Below are positions 22,401 through 32,329 of a stretch of DNA of 62,959 nucleotides, piece after piece; the stretch's first letter is position 1, and each line of letters begins with the position of its first letter. Position numbers and translations under genes: made by a program. Source of the stretch: a bacterium (GTDB taxonomy: Bacteria; Krumholzibacteriota; Krumholzibacteriia; LZORAL124-64-63); assembly GCA_031441465.1 (NCBI GenBank), contig JANOEP010000029.1:1-62959 (forward strand), in the 5' to 3' direction. The notes under the pieces are model-generated. The model saw only the letters and a program-made list of their open reading frames with translations. It searched no databases and was not told where the DNA came from.

Positions 22401-22497
22401 CCAGGTTGTAGTCGGCGAAGCGCTGGGAGCTGCCGACGGCGAAGGCGGAGCCAGCCGTCAAAAGCAGGGCCAAGCACACGAGAGTGAGTTTCCTCAT
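19417..22497 (-). CDS. 1026-aa secreted protein with FlgD-Ig/T9SS type-A C-terminal domain; candidate major surface protein
   Basis: Signal peptide MRKLTLVCLALLLTAGSAFA; DSEPGYDF jelly-roll-like motif; C-terminal NFPNPFNP.TKI..VFNVKGELVRTL..WNG..SG..VASGVYFY..KMALVK. Confidence 0.9.
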   Translation of the reverse strand: MRKLTLVCLALLLTAGSAFAVGSSQRFADYNLVDVTNTMELTAGGSTAKQDTIYLLGGPVRNDGKFQNNVNPNLPDAEGWVGMDLTAPAFSRWNVSTYNSPTGTPAVWAGENFPNDCGTGDFSGYSNSFLEYLDWVGTVANPLADTTVRVTAIISQDSEPGYDFLSLRYDTPAGMVEQWAFSGSQVAVAFDQTFTVTAADYVNGNQVHLRWQADADGAWSDSDCLYPSVGHSQIDNISVYFGGVLQTFDNFQAGMGPNWFTVVPQGYGDFSKVWPLLEDLDPCVTNETPQFGFIDDGLVVPGVGPSSNTLYTYGPSGYSRNCTGGALGANIDDNVLGNEIWSPPLAWPAGNYVAAALTFGAYIHSPYGTPTFDGVFQVWHVRCSTDGGNTWYGWADRNTIYYSAQGLYGRNTFVVTDLLEPGTTHVQVALGLMEDARYNIGTDGTPASYFDNVAFYVYGFGGPAISISGAWDLPNDQFAKNLDLGNLASNALRFDMCQDLLDTTSPNIVHGDSIVLNVQPVRPGAELTALPRMHYKIKCNPLFNGVRNVAPVGGFIEGDVDADSVYTSSGILVQWRWAFDLDDNGLLFPGDQMHWYITATDRVNGDPGTDGTTTYPRLLDGFGVFPGDLGYVEFQWPFEWIWRGLPSVTDVAGTQPDILFWHDFGAFGGGYNEWKLSLAQLGLVENVDYDIYFTQAPSSNVGNGLGANASAVALAGYETILYGAGTLAGSPLTGPAIAPGNSGDKGDDVGRLSAWLGTGKNLLVTGDRVPVATGSSTVAGGAAFVQNWLGCTRLATDVRALIGGQAAPLVVPVAGNVVGFNTPFVAYGSCPTFRVFNGIGVYASPFGYSTKVGSFTAAGTTTPAYPTYAAMVSNHRTDVGSKIVTSATDFGVWYTPYASAKDDPAPFAARTQVLGEILVWFGYTPSFGTTPTPSSGVFFAKNFPNPFNPVTKIEWSIPRAGDLSIKVFNVKGELVRTLHDGFSAAQSGVAEWNGTTDSGRDVASGVYFYEVRSGDNVTVNKMALVK

Positions 22498-22774
22498 ACT
22501 TTCCCCCCATCGTTGAACAAGTCAACAAATGGTGCAGGTGAAAGGCATTACCTTCGAGTTCCCGAAGGAAGATCGAAGGCTCCAGCAGTGCAGGCAAAAG
22601 CTCTTCCAGTCACTGGCCTCAGGGGGCTTGCTGTGAAGGGGTCTTTTCCTCTGTGACCGTGACAGTTCGACTCGCGAATCAAGCAAGCGTGTCAAGTTAA
22701 TAGGGACTTACTTGGAGTGGAGTCGGGCGCAACGTCACGTCGGAAAAGGCTTTTGCCCTTGAGTCGCACGCGTG

Positions 22775-22803
22775 AGCATACCCAAGGCCCCCTGCCAAGT
22801 CAA
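22775..22803 (-). promoter_or_regulatory. sigma70-type promoter giving a ~270-nt leader to the 1026-aa protein gene
   Basis: TTGACT-17 nt-TATGCT immediately after the glyS terminator. Confidence 0.65.
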
Positions 22804-22814
22804 TAGCATATGTC

Positions 22815-22849
22815 AAAAAGACCGGGAGCCCCCCGCGAGGCTCCCGGTC
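22815..22849 (-). terminator. Rho-independent terminator of the glyQS operon
   Basis: GACCGGGAGCC-loop-GGCUCCCGGUC followed by UUUUU. Confidence 0.85.
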
Positions 22850-22869
22850 GGGAAATGCCGAATCCAGGG

Positions 22870-25044
22870 TCAGGTCGTCGATTCCAGGGGCGCCACCTCG
22901 CTGAAGTCGGCGAACTGGGCGAACAGGCCGTAGACCTCGCGCAGGAAGGCGTGGCGCAGTTCCCGCAGCTCGGCCTGGTCGGCGTTGACCCGGACCGACT
23001 CGAAGAACCCATCGATGGCCGGCCCCAGGCTCGAAAGCGCGCGGAAGACGCCGGTATAGTCCCCCGCGTCCCTGAGCGCGAGCAGGCCCGGCACGGCGGC
23101 GGCCACCGCACCGGCCAGGGCGACCTCGGCCGGTTCGGGCAGCCCGTCGAACCCGCGACCCTCGGGGGTGCCGCCACCCTCCCGCCAGCGGGCCGCGCAG
23201 CCGGCGAGTGCCTCCGCCTCGAGCGTGCGGCCCTCCAGGATGTTGCGGCAGCGCTTGAATCCCTTGGCGAGCAACAGGAAATCCGCCTGCTCCCGGAAGC
23301 CGTCCAGGGCGCGGGCCCAAGCGGCCGCATCGGTCGGGTCGTTCCCGTGCGCGGGCAGGACCGCCCGGACCGCCTCTTGCGAGACGCCGGCGGCGACCAG
23401 GAGCCCTTCCAGCCGGGTGCGGGCGAAGGCGAGGATCTCGCCGAGCGCCAGGGCTCGGCGGGCCTCGTCGGCCAGCGCCGCGTAGCCGTCGAGGGCCCCC
23501 GCCACGACGGCGGCGAGGTCCAGGCGCGCGCCGCGGTCGATCAGGATGCGCAGCACGGCCAGGGTGTGGCGACGCAATGCGTAGGGATCCTTGGCGCCGG
23601 TCGGGACGAAGCCGGCCAGCCAGCAGCCCGCCAGGGAGTCCAGGCGGTCGGCCGCAGCCAGCGTGGCGGCGGCCGCGCCGGCGGGCAACCCGTCCGCGGC
23701 GGAACGGGGGCGATAGTATTCCTCGAGCAGCGAGCACACGGCCGGGGACTCCCCCGCCGCCGCGGCGTAGCGCGCGCCGATGGTCCCTTCGAGCTTCGTG
23801 AACTCCTTGCCGTCGCGGATCATCTCGGTGACGAGGTCGAACTTGCAGATCCGCGCGGCTCGCACCAGTTCCGGCGGCGGCGCGCCGCCGTCGCCCAGGC
23901 CCGCGGCCCAGAGGCGATCCACCAGACGGCCCATGCGGTCGACTTTGTCCAGCACCGAACCGTAGCCCTCGAGCCAGGTCACGTCGGCGAGGCGGGCGGT
24001 GTGCTGGTCCGGCGAGAGCCGCAGGTCGCAGCGCCAGTAGAACAGGGCGTCGTTGAGCCGCGCGTTGAGCACCTTCTCGTTGCCGCGGATCACCTTGTCC
24101 AGCGCGTGGCGGTCGCCGTCGCGGACGGCGAAGAAGACCGGCAGCAGGCCGCCGCCGTCGGCGCGCCGCACCGCGAAGTAGCGCTGGTGCGACTTGAGCG
24201 CCGTGATGATCACCTCGTCCGGCAGGGCGAAGTAGGACTCGGGGATGGCGCCGAGGAAGGGTGTGGGATGCTCCAGGAGGTCGGTGACCTCCTGCAGCAG
24301 TTCCTCGTCCTCGACGATCCGGCCGCCGGCCGCGCTCGCCAGCTGGGTCGCACCTTCGCGCACCACGCGCCGGCGTTCGTCCTGGTCGGGCTCGACGCCG
24401 TGGGCGCGCATCGACGCGAGGTACGCGCCGGGTTCGGGGATCTCGACCGGAGCGCCTTCGGCCAGGGTGCGGTGGCCCCGCGAGACGCGTCCCGCGCGCA
24501 GGCCGGCCATCTCCAGGGGCAGCACCTCATCGCCGAGGAGGGCCACGAGCCACTGGATCGGCCGCGCGTACTCGAAGTCGGAAGCCCCCCAGTGCATCGT
24601 CTTGGGGAAGGGGATCGACTGCAGCAGCCCCGGCAGGCGTTCGGCCAGCAGTTCCGCGGCGGGCCGACCCGCGAGCGTCTTGCGCACGCCCAGGAACGCA
24701 CCGCCCTTGCCGTCGTTCAACTCCAGGCAGTCCTCGATCCCGACGTTGTTCTTGCGGGCGAAACCCAGCGCGGCCGGCGAGGGCGCACCGTCGGGCCCGC
24801 GCGCCGCCGTCAACGGCGGACCCTTGACCTCGACGGTGCGGTCGGCCTGGCGCTCGGCGAGGGCCTCGACCAGCACGGCGAGTCGTCGCGGCGTGGCGAG
24901 CACGCGCAACCCGCGGTGCTCCAGCGACAACTCGGCGAGCAGGGCCGCGAAGCCCCCGGCCACGTGCTGCCGTTCGACGGGCAGGAAGCGGGCGGGCAGC
25001 TCGTCGGTGCCGATCTCGAACAGGAACGGGCGCATCCCGGTCAT
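22870..25044 (-). CDS. glyS: Glycine--tRNA ligase beta subunit
   Basis: [51 protein letters not shown]; start overlaps the glyQ stop. Confidence 0.96.
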   Translation of the reverse strand: MTGMRPFLFEIGTDELPARFLPVERQHVAGGFAALLAELSLEHRGLRVLATPRRLAVLVEALAERQADRTVEVKGPPLTAARGPDGAPSPAALGFARKNNVGIEDCLELNDGKGGAFLGVRKTLAGRPAAELLAERLPGLLQSIPFPKTMHWGASDFEYARPIQWLVALLGDEVLPLEMAGLRAGRVSRGHRTLAEGAPVEIPEPGAYLASMRAHGVEPDQDERRRVVREGATQLASAAGGRIVEDEELLQEVTDLLEHPTPFLGAIPESYFALPDEVIITALKSHQRYFAVRRADGGGLLPVFFAVRDGDRHALDKVIRGNEKVLNARLNDALFYWRCDLRLSPDQHTARLADVTWLEGYGSVLDKVDRMGRLVDRLWAAGLGDGGAPPPELVRAARICKFDLVTEMIRDGKEFTKLEGTIGARYAAAAGESPAVCSLLEEYYRPRSAADGLPAGAAAATLAAADRLDSLAGCWLAGFVPTGAKDPYALRRHTLAVLRILIDRGARLDLAAVVAGALDGYAALADEARRALALGEILAFARTRLEGLLVAAGVSQEAVRAVLPAHGNDPTDAAAWARALDGFREQADFLLLAKGFKRCRNILEGRTLEAEALAGCAARWREGGGTPEGRGFDGLPEPAEVALAGAVAAAVPGLLALRDAGDYTGVFRALSSLGPAIDGFFESVRVNADQAELRELRHAFLREVYGLFAQFADFSEVAPLESTT

Positions 25045-25928
25045 CGGGTCCCCTCCTCGCGGTGCAGCAGGGGGAAGCCCATGGCCTCCCGCTTCTCCAG
25101 GTAGGCCTGCGCGACGCGGCGCGACAGGACGCGCACGCGCTTGATGAAACCGGTCCGCTCGGTGACCGAGATGGCGCCGCGCGCTTCGAGCAGGTTGAAG
25201 AGGTGGCTGCACTTGATCACCGAGTCGTAGGCGGGGTAGACCAGGCCGGCGTCGACCAGTCGCAGCGCCTCGGCTTCACGGTCGTCGAAATGGCGGCGGT
25301 ACATCTCGACGTTGGCGTGCTCGAAGTTGAAGGCGGAGAACTCCTGCTCGAACTGCCCCTGGACGTCGCCCCAGGTGAGGCCCCCGCCCCACAGCAGCTC
25401 CTTCACGTGGCCGACGCCCTGGATGTACATGGCCAACCGCAGCAGCCCGTAGGTCAACTCGACCGACACCGGGTTGAGGCGCAGCCCGCCCACCTGCTGG
25501 AAGTATGTGAACTGCGAGATCTCCATGCCGTCGATCCAGACCTCCCACCCCAGCCCGCTGGCGCCGAGGGTGGGCGACTCCCAGTCGTCCTCCACGAAGC
25601 GGATGTCGTGCTCGCGCGGCTCGATCCCGATGGCCCGCAGCGATTCCAGGTACAGCCCCTGCGAGTCCGCGGGATTCGGCTTCAGGACGACCTGGTACTG
25701 CAGGAACTGCTGGACGCGGTTCGGATTTTCCAGGTAGCGGCCGTCCTTGGGGCGCCGGCTCGGCTCGACGTAGGCGACCTTCCATGGTTCCGGTCCGAGG
25801 CAGCGCAGGAAGGTGGCCGGGTTGAAGGTGCCGGCGCCCACCTCGGAGTTGTAGGGCTGGATAATGACGCAGCCCTGATCCATCCAGAACCTCTGCAGCC
25901 CGGCGATCATCTCCTGGTAGCTCAGCAT
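25041..25928 (-). CDS. glyQ: Glycine--tRNA ligase alpha subunit
   Basis: [51 protein letters not shown]. Confidence 0.98.
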   Translation of the reverse strand: MLSYQEMIAGLQRFWMDQGCVIIQPYNSEVGAGTFNPATFLRCLGPEPWKVAYVEPSRRPKDGRYLENPNRVQQFLQYQVVLKPNPADSQGLYLESLRAIGIEPREHDIRFVEDDWESPTLGASGLGWEVWIDGMEISQFTYFQQVGGLRLNPVSVELTYGLLRLAMYIQGVGHVKELLWGGGLTWGDVQGQFEQEFSAFNFEHANVEMYRRHFDDREAEALRLVDAGLVYPAYDSVIKCSHLFNLLEARGAISVTERTGFIKRVRVLSRRVAQAYLEKREAMGFPLLHREEGTR

Positions 25929-26722
25929 GGCTCGTCGTCCTTTGCGGCCGCGGCCGCGGCGTCGGCGCTCCGCGCCGCGCGGAGCAGGTCCAGGCCCGCG
26001 GGCAGGCGGTACTCCGGCAGGTGATAGATCAGGAAGCGGTGCAGCAGGATCCCCGTCTCCCGGGAGGTCCGCCGCGAGGACCGGGCCGGCGTCGCGCCGC
26101 CCAGCGTCCGCAGAGCCGCCAGCGTCTCGGGCGCGAGCGGCCGGTCGGCCGTCTCAGCGCACGCCTCGCAGACCGCCCCGCCGGCGGCGGGGCTGAAACG
26201 GCAACCGGGCGCCGCCAGACCGCCGCCGCAGGCGGCGCAGGCCGACAGTTCCGGTGCGATCCCCTGCAATTCCAGCAGCGCCGTCTCGAAGGCGTAAAAA
26301 AGCGGGGCCTCGTCCCCCGCCGCGACCGATGATAGCATCTCCAGGTAGCGGCGGCAAAGTCCAAACAGGCCCGCCTCGCGAACGCCGCTGGGCCGGCAGC
26401 GGTCGGCCAGTTCCAGCGCCGCGAGCGTGTAGGCGGTGCGTTCGAGACTGTTGCCGTCGAGCAGGGGATCCAGCAGGAGGCTGCCGCCCTTGAGGTACTG
26501 CAGGTCGCGGTCCGGGCTCCAGCCGAACTCCACCTCGACGAGCCGCCCCGGCCCGACCAGGGGCTGCAGGCGGGACAGCCCGTTGCGCGCCCCCTTGCCG
26601 ATGACCCGCACGTAACCCCGCGCCTCGGTCAGCAGCGAGGCGACCACGCTGGTCTCGCCGCTGGGCCAGGCCCTCAGCACCACGGCGCGGGTGGAGACGA
26701 CGGGTTGCGGCAGGACCGTCAC
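25922..26722 (-). CDS. recO: DNA repair protein RecO
   Basis: GTG start; AVVLR..PSGETS..LLT...G....IGKGAR; zinc finger CAAC...GGAVCEAC; canonical position next to glyQ. Confidence 0.9.
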   Translation of the reverse strand: MTVLPQPVVSTRAVVLRAWPSGETSVVASLLTEARGYVRVIGKGARNGLSRLQPLVGPGRLVEVEFGWSPDRDLQYLKGGSLLLDPLLDGNSLERTAYTLAALELADRCRPSGVREAGLFGLCRRYLEMLSSVAAGDEAPLFYAFETALLELQGIAPELSACAACGGGLAAPGCRFSPAAGGAVCEACAETADRPLAPETLAALRTLGGATPARSSRRTSRETGILLHRFLIYHLPEYRLPAGLDLLRAARSADAAAAAAKDDEPC

Positions 26723-26733
26723 TTCCCCCCCTG

Positions 26734-28149
26734 TCAGCGGATGAGCAGGGACGCCATGCCCAGATAGATCATCACGGCGATGAAGTCGTTCGACATGGTG
26801 ATGAACGGCCCGGTGGCGATGGCCGGGTCCGCGCCGGCCCGGTAGAGCAGCAGCGGCATGGTCGTGCCGATCATGGCCGCGCTGAGGATCACGGTCATCA
26901 TGGCGATCGTCAGCACGATCGCCACTTCCATGTCCCCCAGCAGCAACCGGGCGGCGATCATGACGCAGATCGAGATCAGGCCGCCGGTCAGCAGGGCCGT
27001 CCCCAGTTCGCGCAGCAGGTAGCGTCCGATGCGGTAGATGCTGACCTCGCCGGTGGCCAGCCCGCGCACCACCACCGAAGAGGTCTGGATGCCGGTGTTG
27101 CCGCCCATGGCCATGATCGCCGGCAGGAAGAAGGTCAGCGCGACGGTCGTGGTGATGGTCGCCTGGTAGTGCCTCATGATCTGCATGGTCGCCATCTCGC
27201 CGGCCAGGGCGCCCAGCAGCCAGGGCAGGCGGGCGCGGGCGACGCGCACGGGCGAGGTCTCGCCCAGCTCCTCGCTGGTGCCCGCGAGCCGGGAGTAGTC
27301 CTCGGTGGCCTCCTCCTCCAGGACGTCGATGACGTCGTCGGCCTGGATCACGCCCACCAGCCGGCCGTCGGCGTCGACCACCGGCAGGGTGACCAGGTCG
27401 TGCGTCTGCACGTAGAGGGCCACGTCCTCCTGGTCGAGGTCCACCGAGACGCGCAGGGGGTCCCGTTCCATGATCGCGTCGACCGGCGTGGACCAGGGCT
27501 GCAGCAGCATCGTCACCAGCGGGATGCGGCCGGTGGGGCAGCCGTCGCCGTCGACCACGAACACGAAGTGCAGCCCCTCGCGGTCGTCCTCCTCGACGGC
27601 GCGCACCGCGTCGACCGCCTGCATGATCGTGGCGTCCTGCAGCACCGCGATGAACTCCTTGGCCATCAGGCCGCCGGCGGTGTCCGTCTCGTAGCGGAGC
27701 AGGTCGGTGACGTCCTCGCGCTCGGCGGGCTCCATCGCCGCGAGGATCTCGCGGGCCTGGTCGTCCTCCAGCTCGCCGACGATGTCGGCCGCCTCGTCCG
27801 AGGGCATCTCTTCGATGAGATCGGCGATGGCCTCGATGTCCAGCAGCTGCAGCAGGGCCGAGACGCTGTACTGGTCGATCTCGGCCAGCACGTCGGCGGC
27901 GAGGTCGTGGGGCAGCAACTGCAGCAGGCGCGCGGTGTCGTCGACGCTGAGGTAGCGCAGGCTCTCCGAAAGATCGCCGGGAGAGAGGGCGGCGGCCGTG
28001 CGGCGCAACTCGTCCTGGTGGCCGTCGCGCAGCAACCGCTCGAACAGTTCGGCGTAGGCGTGCCACTGCTCCTCGAGCTTGCTGGCGTCGAGCAGGGTCT
28101 CCTCGCCCTCGGCCGTTTCGGCTCCTGGTTCGAGCGTCGGGTCGCTCAT
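26734..28149 (-). CDS. mgtE: Magnesium transporter MgtE
   Basis: EMPSDEAADI, TAGGLM CBS pair, ARLPWL, MGGNTGIQT, DPAIATGPFITMSND. Confidence 0.95.
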   Translation of the reverse strand: MSDPTLEPGAETAEGEETLLDASKLEEQWHAYAELFERLLRDGHQDELRRTAAALSPGDLSESLRYLSVDDTARLLQLLPHDLAADVLAEIDQYSVSALLQLLDIEAIADLIEEMPSDEAADIVGELEDDQAREILAAMEPAEREDVTDLLRYETDTAGGLMAKEFIAVLQDATIMQAVDAVRAVEEDDREGLHFVFVVDGDGCPTGRIPLVTMLLQPWSTPVDAIMERDPLRVSVDLDQEDVALYVQTHDLVTLPVVDADGRLVGVIQADDVIDVLEEEATEDYSRLAGTSEELGETSPVRVARARLPWLLGALAGEMATMQIMRHYQATITTTVALTFFLPAIMAMGGNTGIQTSSVVVRGLATGEVSIYRIGRYLLRELGTALLTGGLISICVMIAARLLLGDMEVAIVLTIAMMTVILSAAMIGTTMPLLLYRAGADPAIATGPFITMSNDFIAVMIYLGMASLLIR

Positions 28150-28207
28150 GGCGCCTCGCCTCCTTCCCCGCGGCACCGCGCCTCGGCGGGGCCGGCCGCG
28201 CGCCCCG

Positions 28208-29515
28208 TCATTCCGGCGCCTCTGGCGGGTGGCGGCCCGGCAACGGGGCCGTCGACGCCAGGCGGACCTGCATGATGCGCCGGTCCTCGACCCGCTCGAC
28301 CTCGATGTCGAGCCCGGCGATGGCCACGCGGTCGCCCTGCGCGGGCACCCGGCCCGCGGCTTCGTAGATCAGGCCCGCCAGCGTCTCGCTGCCCTCGCCC
28401 AGGGGCAGCTCGATCCCGAGCACGTCCTGCAGGTCCTCCAGGTTGATCTTGGGATCGACGCGCAGCGAACGGTCGTCGAGCCAGGTGAAGAGCGACTCCT
28501 CCTCGTCGAACTCGTCCTCGATCTCGCCCACGATCTCCTCGAGCACGTCCTCGAGCGTCACGAGCCCGGCGGTGCCGCCGTACTCGTCGATGACCACGGC
28601 CATGTGGATGCGCTGGGAACGGAATTCCGCCAGCACCTCGTCGAGCCGCTTGCTCTCGGGGATGAAATAGGCGGGTCGCGCCAGACCGCCGACCTTGCGG
28701 TCGCCGTCGCGCATGCCGGCGTCGTCGACCAGCGACAGCAGGTCCTTGGCGTAGAGCAGCCCGACGACGCGGTCGATGCCGCCCTCGTAGAGGGGGATGC
28801 GCGAGTGGCGGCACTCCTCGATCGCGCGCACGGCCTCGCGGACCGGGCAGCCGGCGTCCAGGGCGACCATGTCGATGCGCGGGACCATGATCTCCCGCAC
28901 CGCCGTCTCCCGGAAGTCGAAAATGCTCTGGATCATCTCGCGCTCGTCGTGCTCGAGACTGACCCCGTCCTGCTGGTCGTCGATCAGGCTGCGGATCTCG
29001 CCGGCGCTCAGCTGGGAGCCGGCGTCGGCCCCGGGCAGCGTGTCCTCGGGACGGGAGCCCAGCACCATCAGCAGCGACGTCCACGGGCGCAGCAGCCAGA
29101 CCGCCGGCGCCATGACCCTCACCTGCAGCCGCGCGGCCGCCACGCCGGCGCCCCGGGCCGCCCAGCGGGCCACGGCGGCGCCCAGGGACCAGACGACGGC
29201 CACGACCAGCGCGACCGTCGCGTAGTAGCGGGCGCCGGTCAGGTCGGGCCAGGACGCGGCCGCCCAACGGCCGGCCGCGAGGCAGCCCACGGCGGTCGCC
29301 GCCAGGTGCAGCGTGCCCGCGGTGGCGGCCAGCCGCTGGGGCACTTCCAGGCTGCGCTGCAGGCCCGGTCCCAGCGATTCCGGCGCCAGCAGCCCGTTGC
29401 GGTAGAGACCGACCACGCGCGAGTAGGCCGCGAGCAGGCCCACCATCAGCATGGCGAACGCATAGGCGACCGCGAAGACCAGCACCTCCGCCAGACCGCC
29501 TTCACCGGCTAACAT
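28208..29515 (-). CDS. Hemolysin/CorC (CNNM-CBS-CorC) family protein
   Basis: TM N-terminus; REIMVPR, HSRIPLY, HMAVVIDEYGGTAGLVTLEDVLEEIVGEI. Confidence 0.93.
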   Translation of the reverse strand: MLAGEGGLAEVLVFAVAYAFAMLMVGLLAAYSRVVGLYRNGLLAPESLGPGLQRSLEVPQRLAATAGTLHLAATAVGCLAAGRWAAASWPDLTGARYYATVALVVAVVWSLGAAVARWAARGAGVAAARLQVRVMAPAVWLLRPWTSLLMVLGSRPEDTLPGADAGSQLSAGEIRSLIDDQQDGVSLEHDEREMIQSIFDFRETAVREIMVPRIDMVALDAGCPVREAVRAIEECRHSRIPLYEGGIDRVVGLLYAKDLLSLVDDAGMRDGDRKVGGLARPAYFIPESKRLDEVLAEFRSQRIHMAVVIDEYGGTAGLVTLEDVLEEIVGEIEDEFDEEESLFTWLDDRSLRVDPKINLEDLQDVLGIELPLGEGSETLAGLIYEAAGRVPAQGDRVAIAGLDIEVERVEDRRIMQVRLASTAPLPGRHPPEAPE

Positions 29516-30053
29516 CGTCCGTCTCCTTCCCCGTCAGCGGATGCGGCCAGCCGCGCCGGGCCAGCAGATCCTGCTCCCGGGCGCGCATGGCCGTCGCCTC
29601 GGGCGGCGTCACGTGATCCCAACCCAACAAGTGCAGGGCGCCGTGGACCGTCAGCAGCGCGAATTCCGTCGCGACGTCCCAGCCGTGGAGCTCGCAGCGT
29701 CGTCGCACGAAACCCGGTGCGATCACGATCGCGCCCGCATCGCCCAGCCCGTTGTCCGCGTCGCCGCCGACGCCGTCCCACCAAAGGTCGCACCGGGCGT
29801 GACCCTCGCCCGCGCGCACGGCGGGGGGGCCGCCGCCTTCGGCGACCAGGTTCCCGAACGACAGCACGTCGGTCGGCTCCGGCTTGTCCCGGTAGAGCCC
29901 GTTCAGACGGGCCATCTCCGTGTCGTCGACCCAGACCTGCTCGGCGGTCCAGCCGTCCAGTCCGACGGGCTCGGCCAGGGCCGCCAGCTCGCGCCGCGCC
30001 GCGAGGTCGGGCGCCGCGCCGTCGGCGAGCCGCATCACCGTCAGCAGCTTCAT
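29502..30053 (-). CDS. ybeY: rRNA maturation endoribonuclease YbeY
   Basis: LN..YRDK..PTDVLSF; HGALHLLGWDH metal motif. Confidence 0.92.
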   Translation of the reverse strand: MKLLTVMRLADGAAPDLAARRELAALAEPVGLDGWTAEQVWVDDTEMARLNGLYRDKPEPTDVLSFGNLVAEGGGPPAVRAGEGHARCDLWWDGVGGDADNGLGDAGAIVIAPGFVRRRCELHGWDVATEFALLTVHGALHLLGWDHVTPPEATAMRAREQDLLARRGWPHPLTGKETDDVSR

Positions 30054-32311
30054 GTCCAGTCCCGGCCGTGGAGCGTCTCGGCGTGCTCGCGGTGGCCCGG
30101 GTAGGGGATGCGGGCGTGGTGGATCCCCGACAGCAGCGGCACGAAAGCCTCGCGCACGGCGGTGATGTCCTTCAGCGTCAGGCCGCAGTGGTCGAGTTCG
30201 CCGCAGAGCATGCGCTCGTCGGCGATCTGCTTGACCACCTCGCGGATGCGCCCCGGAGTGGGCTTGGCCAGCGCGCGTGTGGCGGCTTCCACGGCGTCGG
30301 CGAGCATCAGGATCGCCGTCTCGCGGCTCTGCGGTTTGGGGCCGGGATAACGGAAGTCGTCGACCTTGACCGTCTCGTTGCTCTCGTTCTGCAGGGCCTT
30401 GTGGTAGAAGAACTTCATCACGTGCGTGCCGTGGTGCTCGGGGATGAAGGAGACCACGGCTTCCGGCAGCCGCCACTGCCGCGCCAGCGCGATGCCGTCC
30501 TTCACGTGGGAGGCGACCACCAGGGCGCTGAGGCTCGGGCTCAGCTCGTCGTGCTTGTTCGGGCCGCCCCCCTGGTTCTCGACGAAGTACTCCGGCTTGT
30601 TCAGCTTGCCGATGTCGTGGAACAGCGCGCCGACGCGCGTGAGCAGGGAGTTCGCGCCCACCGCCCGGGCCGCGTTCTCGGCCAGCTGGGCCACGACCTG
30701 GCTGTGGTGGAAGGTGCCCTGGGACTCCAGCGCCATCCGCTTGAGCAAGGGATGGTTGAGGTCCGACAACTCGATCAGCGTCAGGTCACTGCACACGCCG
30801 ACCCGCGGCTCGACGATCGGCAGCAGGAACAGGCCGAGCGCCACCGAAGCCACGGGCGAAAGGGCGGCCACCAGCGCTTCGTGCAGGAAGCCCACAGCCT
30901 GCGCCCCGCCGGCGGCGCGTTCCAGCCCGACCAGCAGCACCCCCGCCGCGGCGAGGATCGCGATCGCCTGGTAGAACTGGCCCCGCTGGCGGATGCGCCG
31001 CATGAAGGTCACCGCCAGCAACCCCATGACCAGCCACACCACCGTCGCGGCCCCTGCGGCGGCCGTGTGGAAGGAAAGCAGTCCGGCCGCCAGCAGCGTC
31101 ATCGCGTAGCCCACGCGGTCGCGGAACAGCACCGTGGCCAGCATGCCGAGCAGGGTGAACGGCACCGCGTACGGCCCCAGTTCGGGACGCGCGAGACAGA
31201 CCGCGCCGGCGACCAGCACCACGCCCAGCAGCAGGGCCGCGGTGACGAGCCGCCGCGGCGCGCGCAGCAGCTGCGGGAAGTACAACGAGGCGACCCAGCC
31301 GAACAGCAGCAGCAGCCCCAGGACCAGCGCCGACCGCGCGGTCTGCCGCCAGAACCGCGATCCGCCTCCCGGCTCGCCCCGGGTCGTGAGGTGGGCCTGG
31401 AGCGCGTCGAGGTCGAGCGCGTCCTGCGCGGTCAGGCGCACGCCCTTCTCGACCACGCGCTCGCCCGCGAGGAACGCGCGCTCGACCGGCACGGCCTGGC
31501 GGGCGGCGAGGCGCCGCACCCGCGTGTCCTCGTCGCTGTAGACCAGGTTGGGCAACACTAGTGGGCGCAGCAGCAGCCCCCCCCAGGCTGCCGGCTCGGG
31601 GTCGAGACCCGCGGCGGACAAGGCCTGCTGGAGTCGTGCCGCCACGTCGTCCTGCGCCGTCAGCGTCGAGGCGTCGGCCACCGTCTCGCCGGCGGCGCCG
31701 ACGATCCGGACCTGGCGGTAGGTGCCCGGCGGCAGGACGTCCACCACACCGTCGTCCAGGACGAGCCGCAACGCGTTCTCCGCCGCGGCGAAGAAACCGA
31801 TCGGGTCGGGCAGGGCCAGGGCCCGCGCCGCGTCCTGCGCCGCGAGTTCGGGGAAGAGCAGGCCCACGAGGTCCGCGCGCTGCTCCAGCGAGATCTCCGT
31901 CTGCCCGGCCCGCCGCACGATCGCGTCGCGCCAGGACGCGAGCCGGTCGAGCGCGCCCCGGCGCGGGTTGCCCAGCCGCCGCAGAACCGGCGGTTCGGCC
32001 ATCATGGCCTGCATCTGGCGCATCTCGATGTCCTGGGCGAGCATCGGCGCGGAGAAGGGCAGCGGCGCGAGGATGTCGCGGTCGGCGATCGCGCCGGCGT
32101 CCGGAAAATCGGCGTCGATGCGCGGCACCACGGGCATCAACTGCGCCTGCAGCAACACCAGCGCCGCCGCCGTCGCCGCGGGCCAGGCCCACCGGCGCCA
32201 GCCGGAAACGGGGGCCCGCCGCAGCAACCGGCGGCTGCCCGCAGCGAGACGGGACGAGCGGCCCCCCTCGCGGGGCGCCTTCATCCAGCCGATGCCCGGC
32301 CACCTGATCAC
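30050..32311 (-). CDS. 7TM-HD (HDIG) membrane phosphohydrolase, PgpH-like
   Basis: Extracellular domain plus 7TM; GTFHHS, FHDIGK..KPEYFVENQ, EHHGT, FRYPGPKPQSRE..ILMLAD. Confidence 0.93.
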   Translation of the reverse strand: MIRWPGIGWMKAPREGGRSSRLAAGSRRLLRRAPVSGWRRWAWPAATAAALVLLQAQLMPVVPRIDADFPDAGAIADRDILAPLPFSAPMLAQDIEMRQMQAMMAEPPVLRRLGNPRRGALDRLASWRDAIVRRAGQTEISLEQRADLVGLLFPELAAQDAARALALPDPIGFFAAAENALRLVLDDGVVDVLPPGTYRQVRIVGAAGETVADASTLTAQDDVAARLQQALSAAGLDPEPAAWGGLLLRPLVLPNLVYSDEDTRVRRLAARQAVPVERAFLAGERVVEKGVRLTAQDALDLDALQAHLTTRGEPGGGSRFWRQTARSALVLGLLLLFGWVASLYFPQLLRAPRRLVTAALLLGVVLVAGAVCLARPELGPYAVPFTLLGMLATVLFRDRVGYAMTLLAAGLLSFHTAAAGAATVVWLVMGLLAVTFMRRIRQRGQFYQAIAILAAAGVLLVGLERAAGGAQAVGFLHEALVAALSPVASVALGLFLLPIVEPRVGVCSDLTLIELSDLNHPLLKRMALESQGTFHHSQVVAQLAENAARAVGANSLLTRVGALFHDIGKLNKPEYFVENQGGGPNKHDELSPSLSALVVASHVKDGIALARQWRLPEAVVSFIPEHHGTHVMKFFYHKALQNESNETVKVDDFRYPGPKPQSRETAILMLADAVEAATRALAKPTPGRIREVVKQIADERMLCGELDHCGLTLKDITAVREAFVPLLSGIHHARIPYPGHREHAETLHGRDWT

Positions 32312-32329
32312 GCCGTCCCCCTCACGTCG

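Noticed and set aside
22700..22770. GGGCAAAAGCC in the leader as a c-di-GMP-I riboswitch
   Set aside because: The GNRA-capped P2 and the GACGCAAAG/P3 layout are absent.
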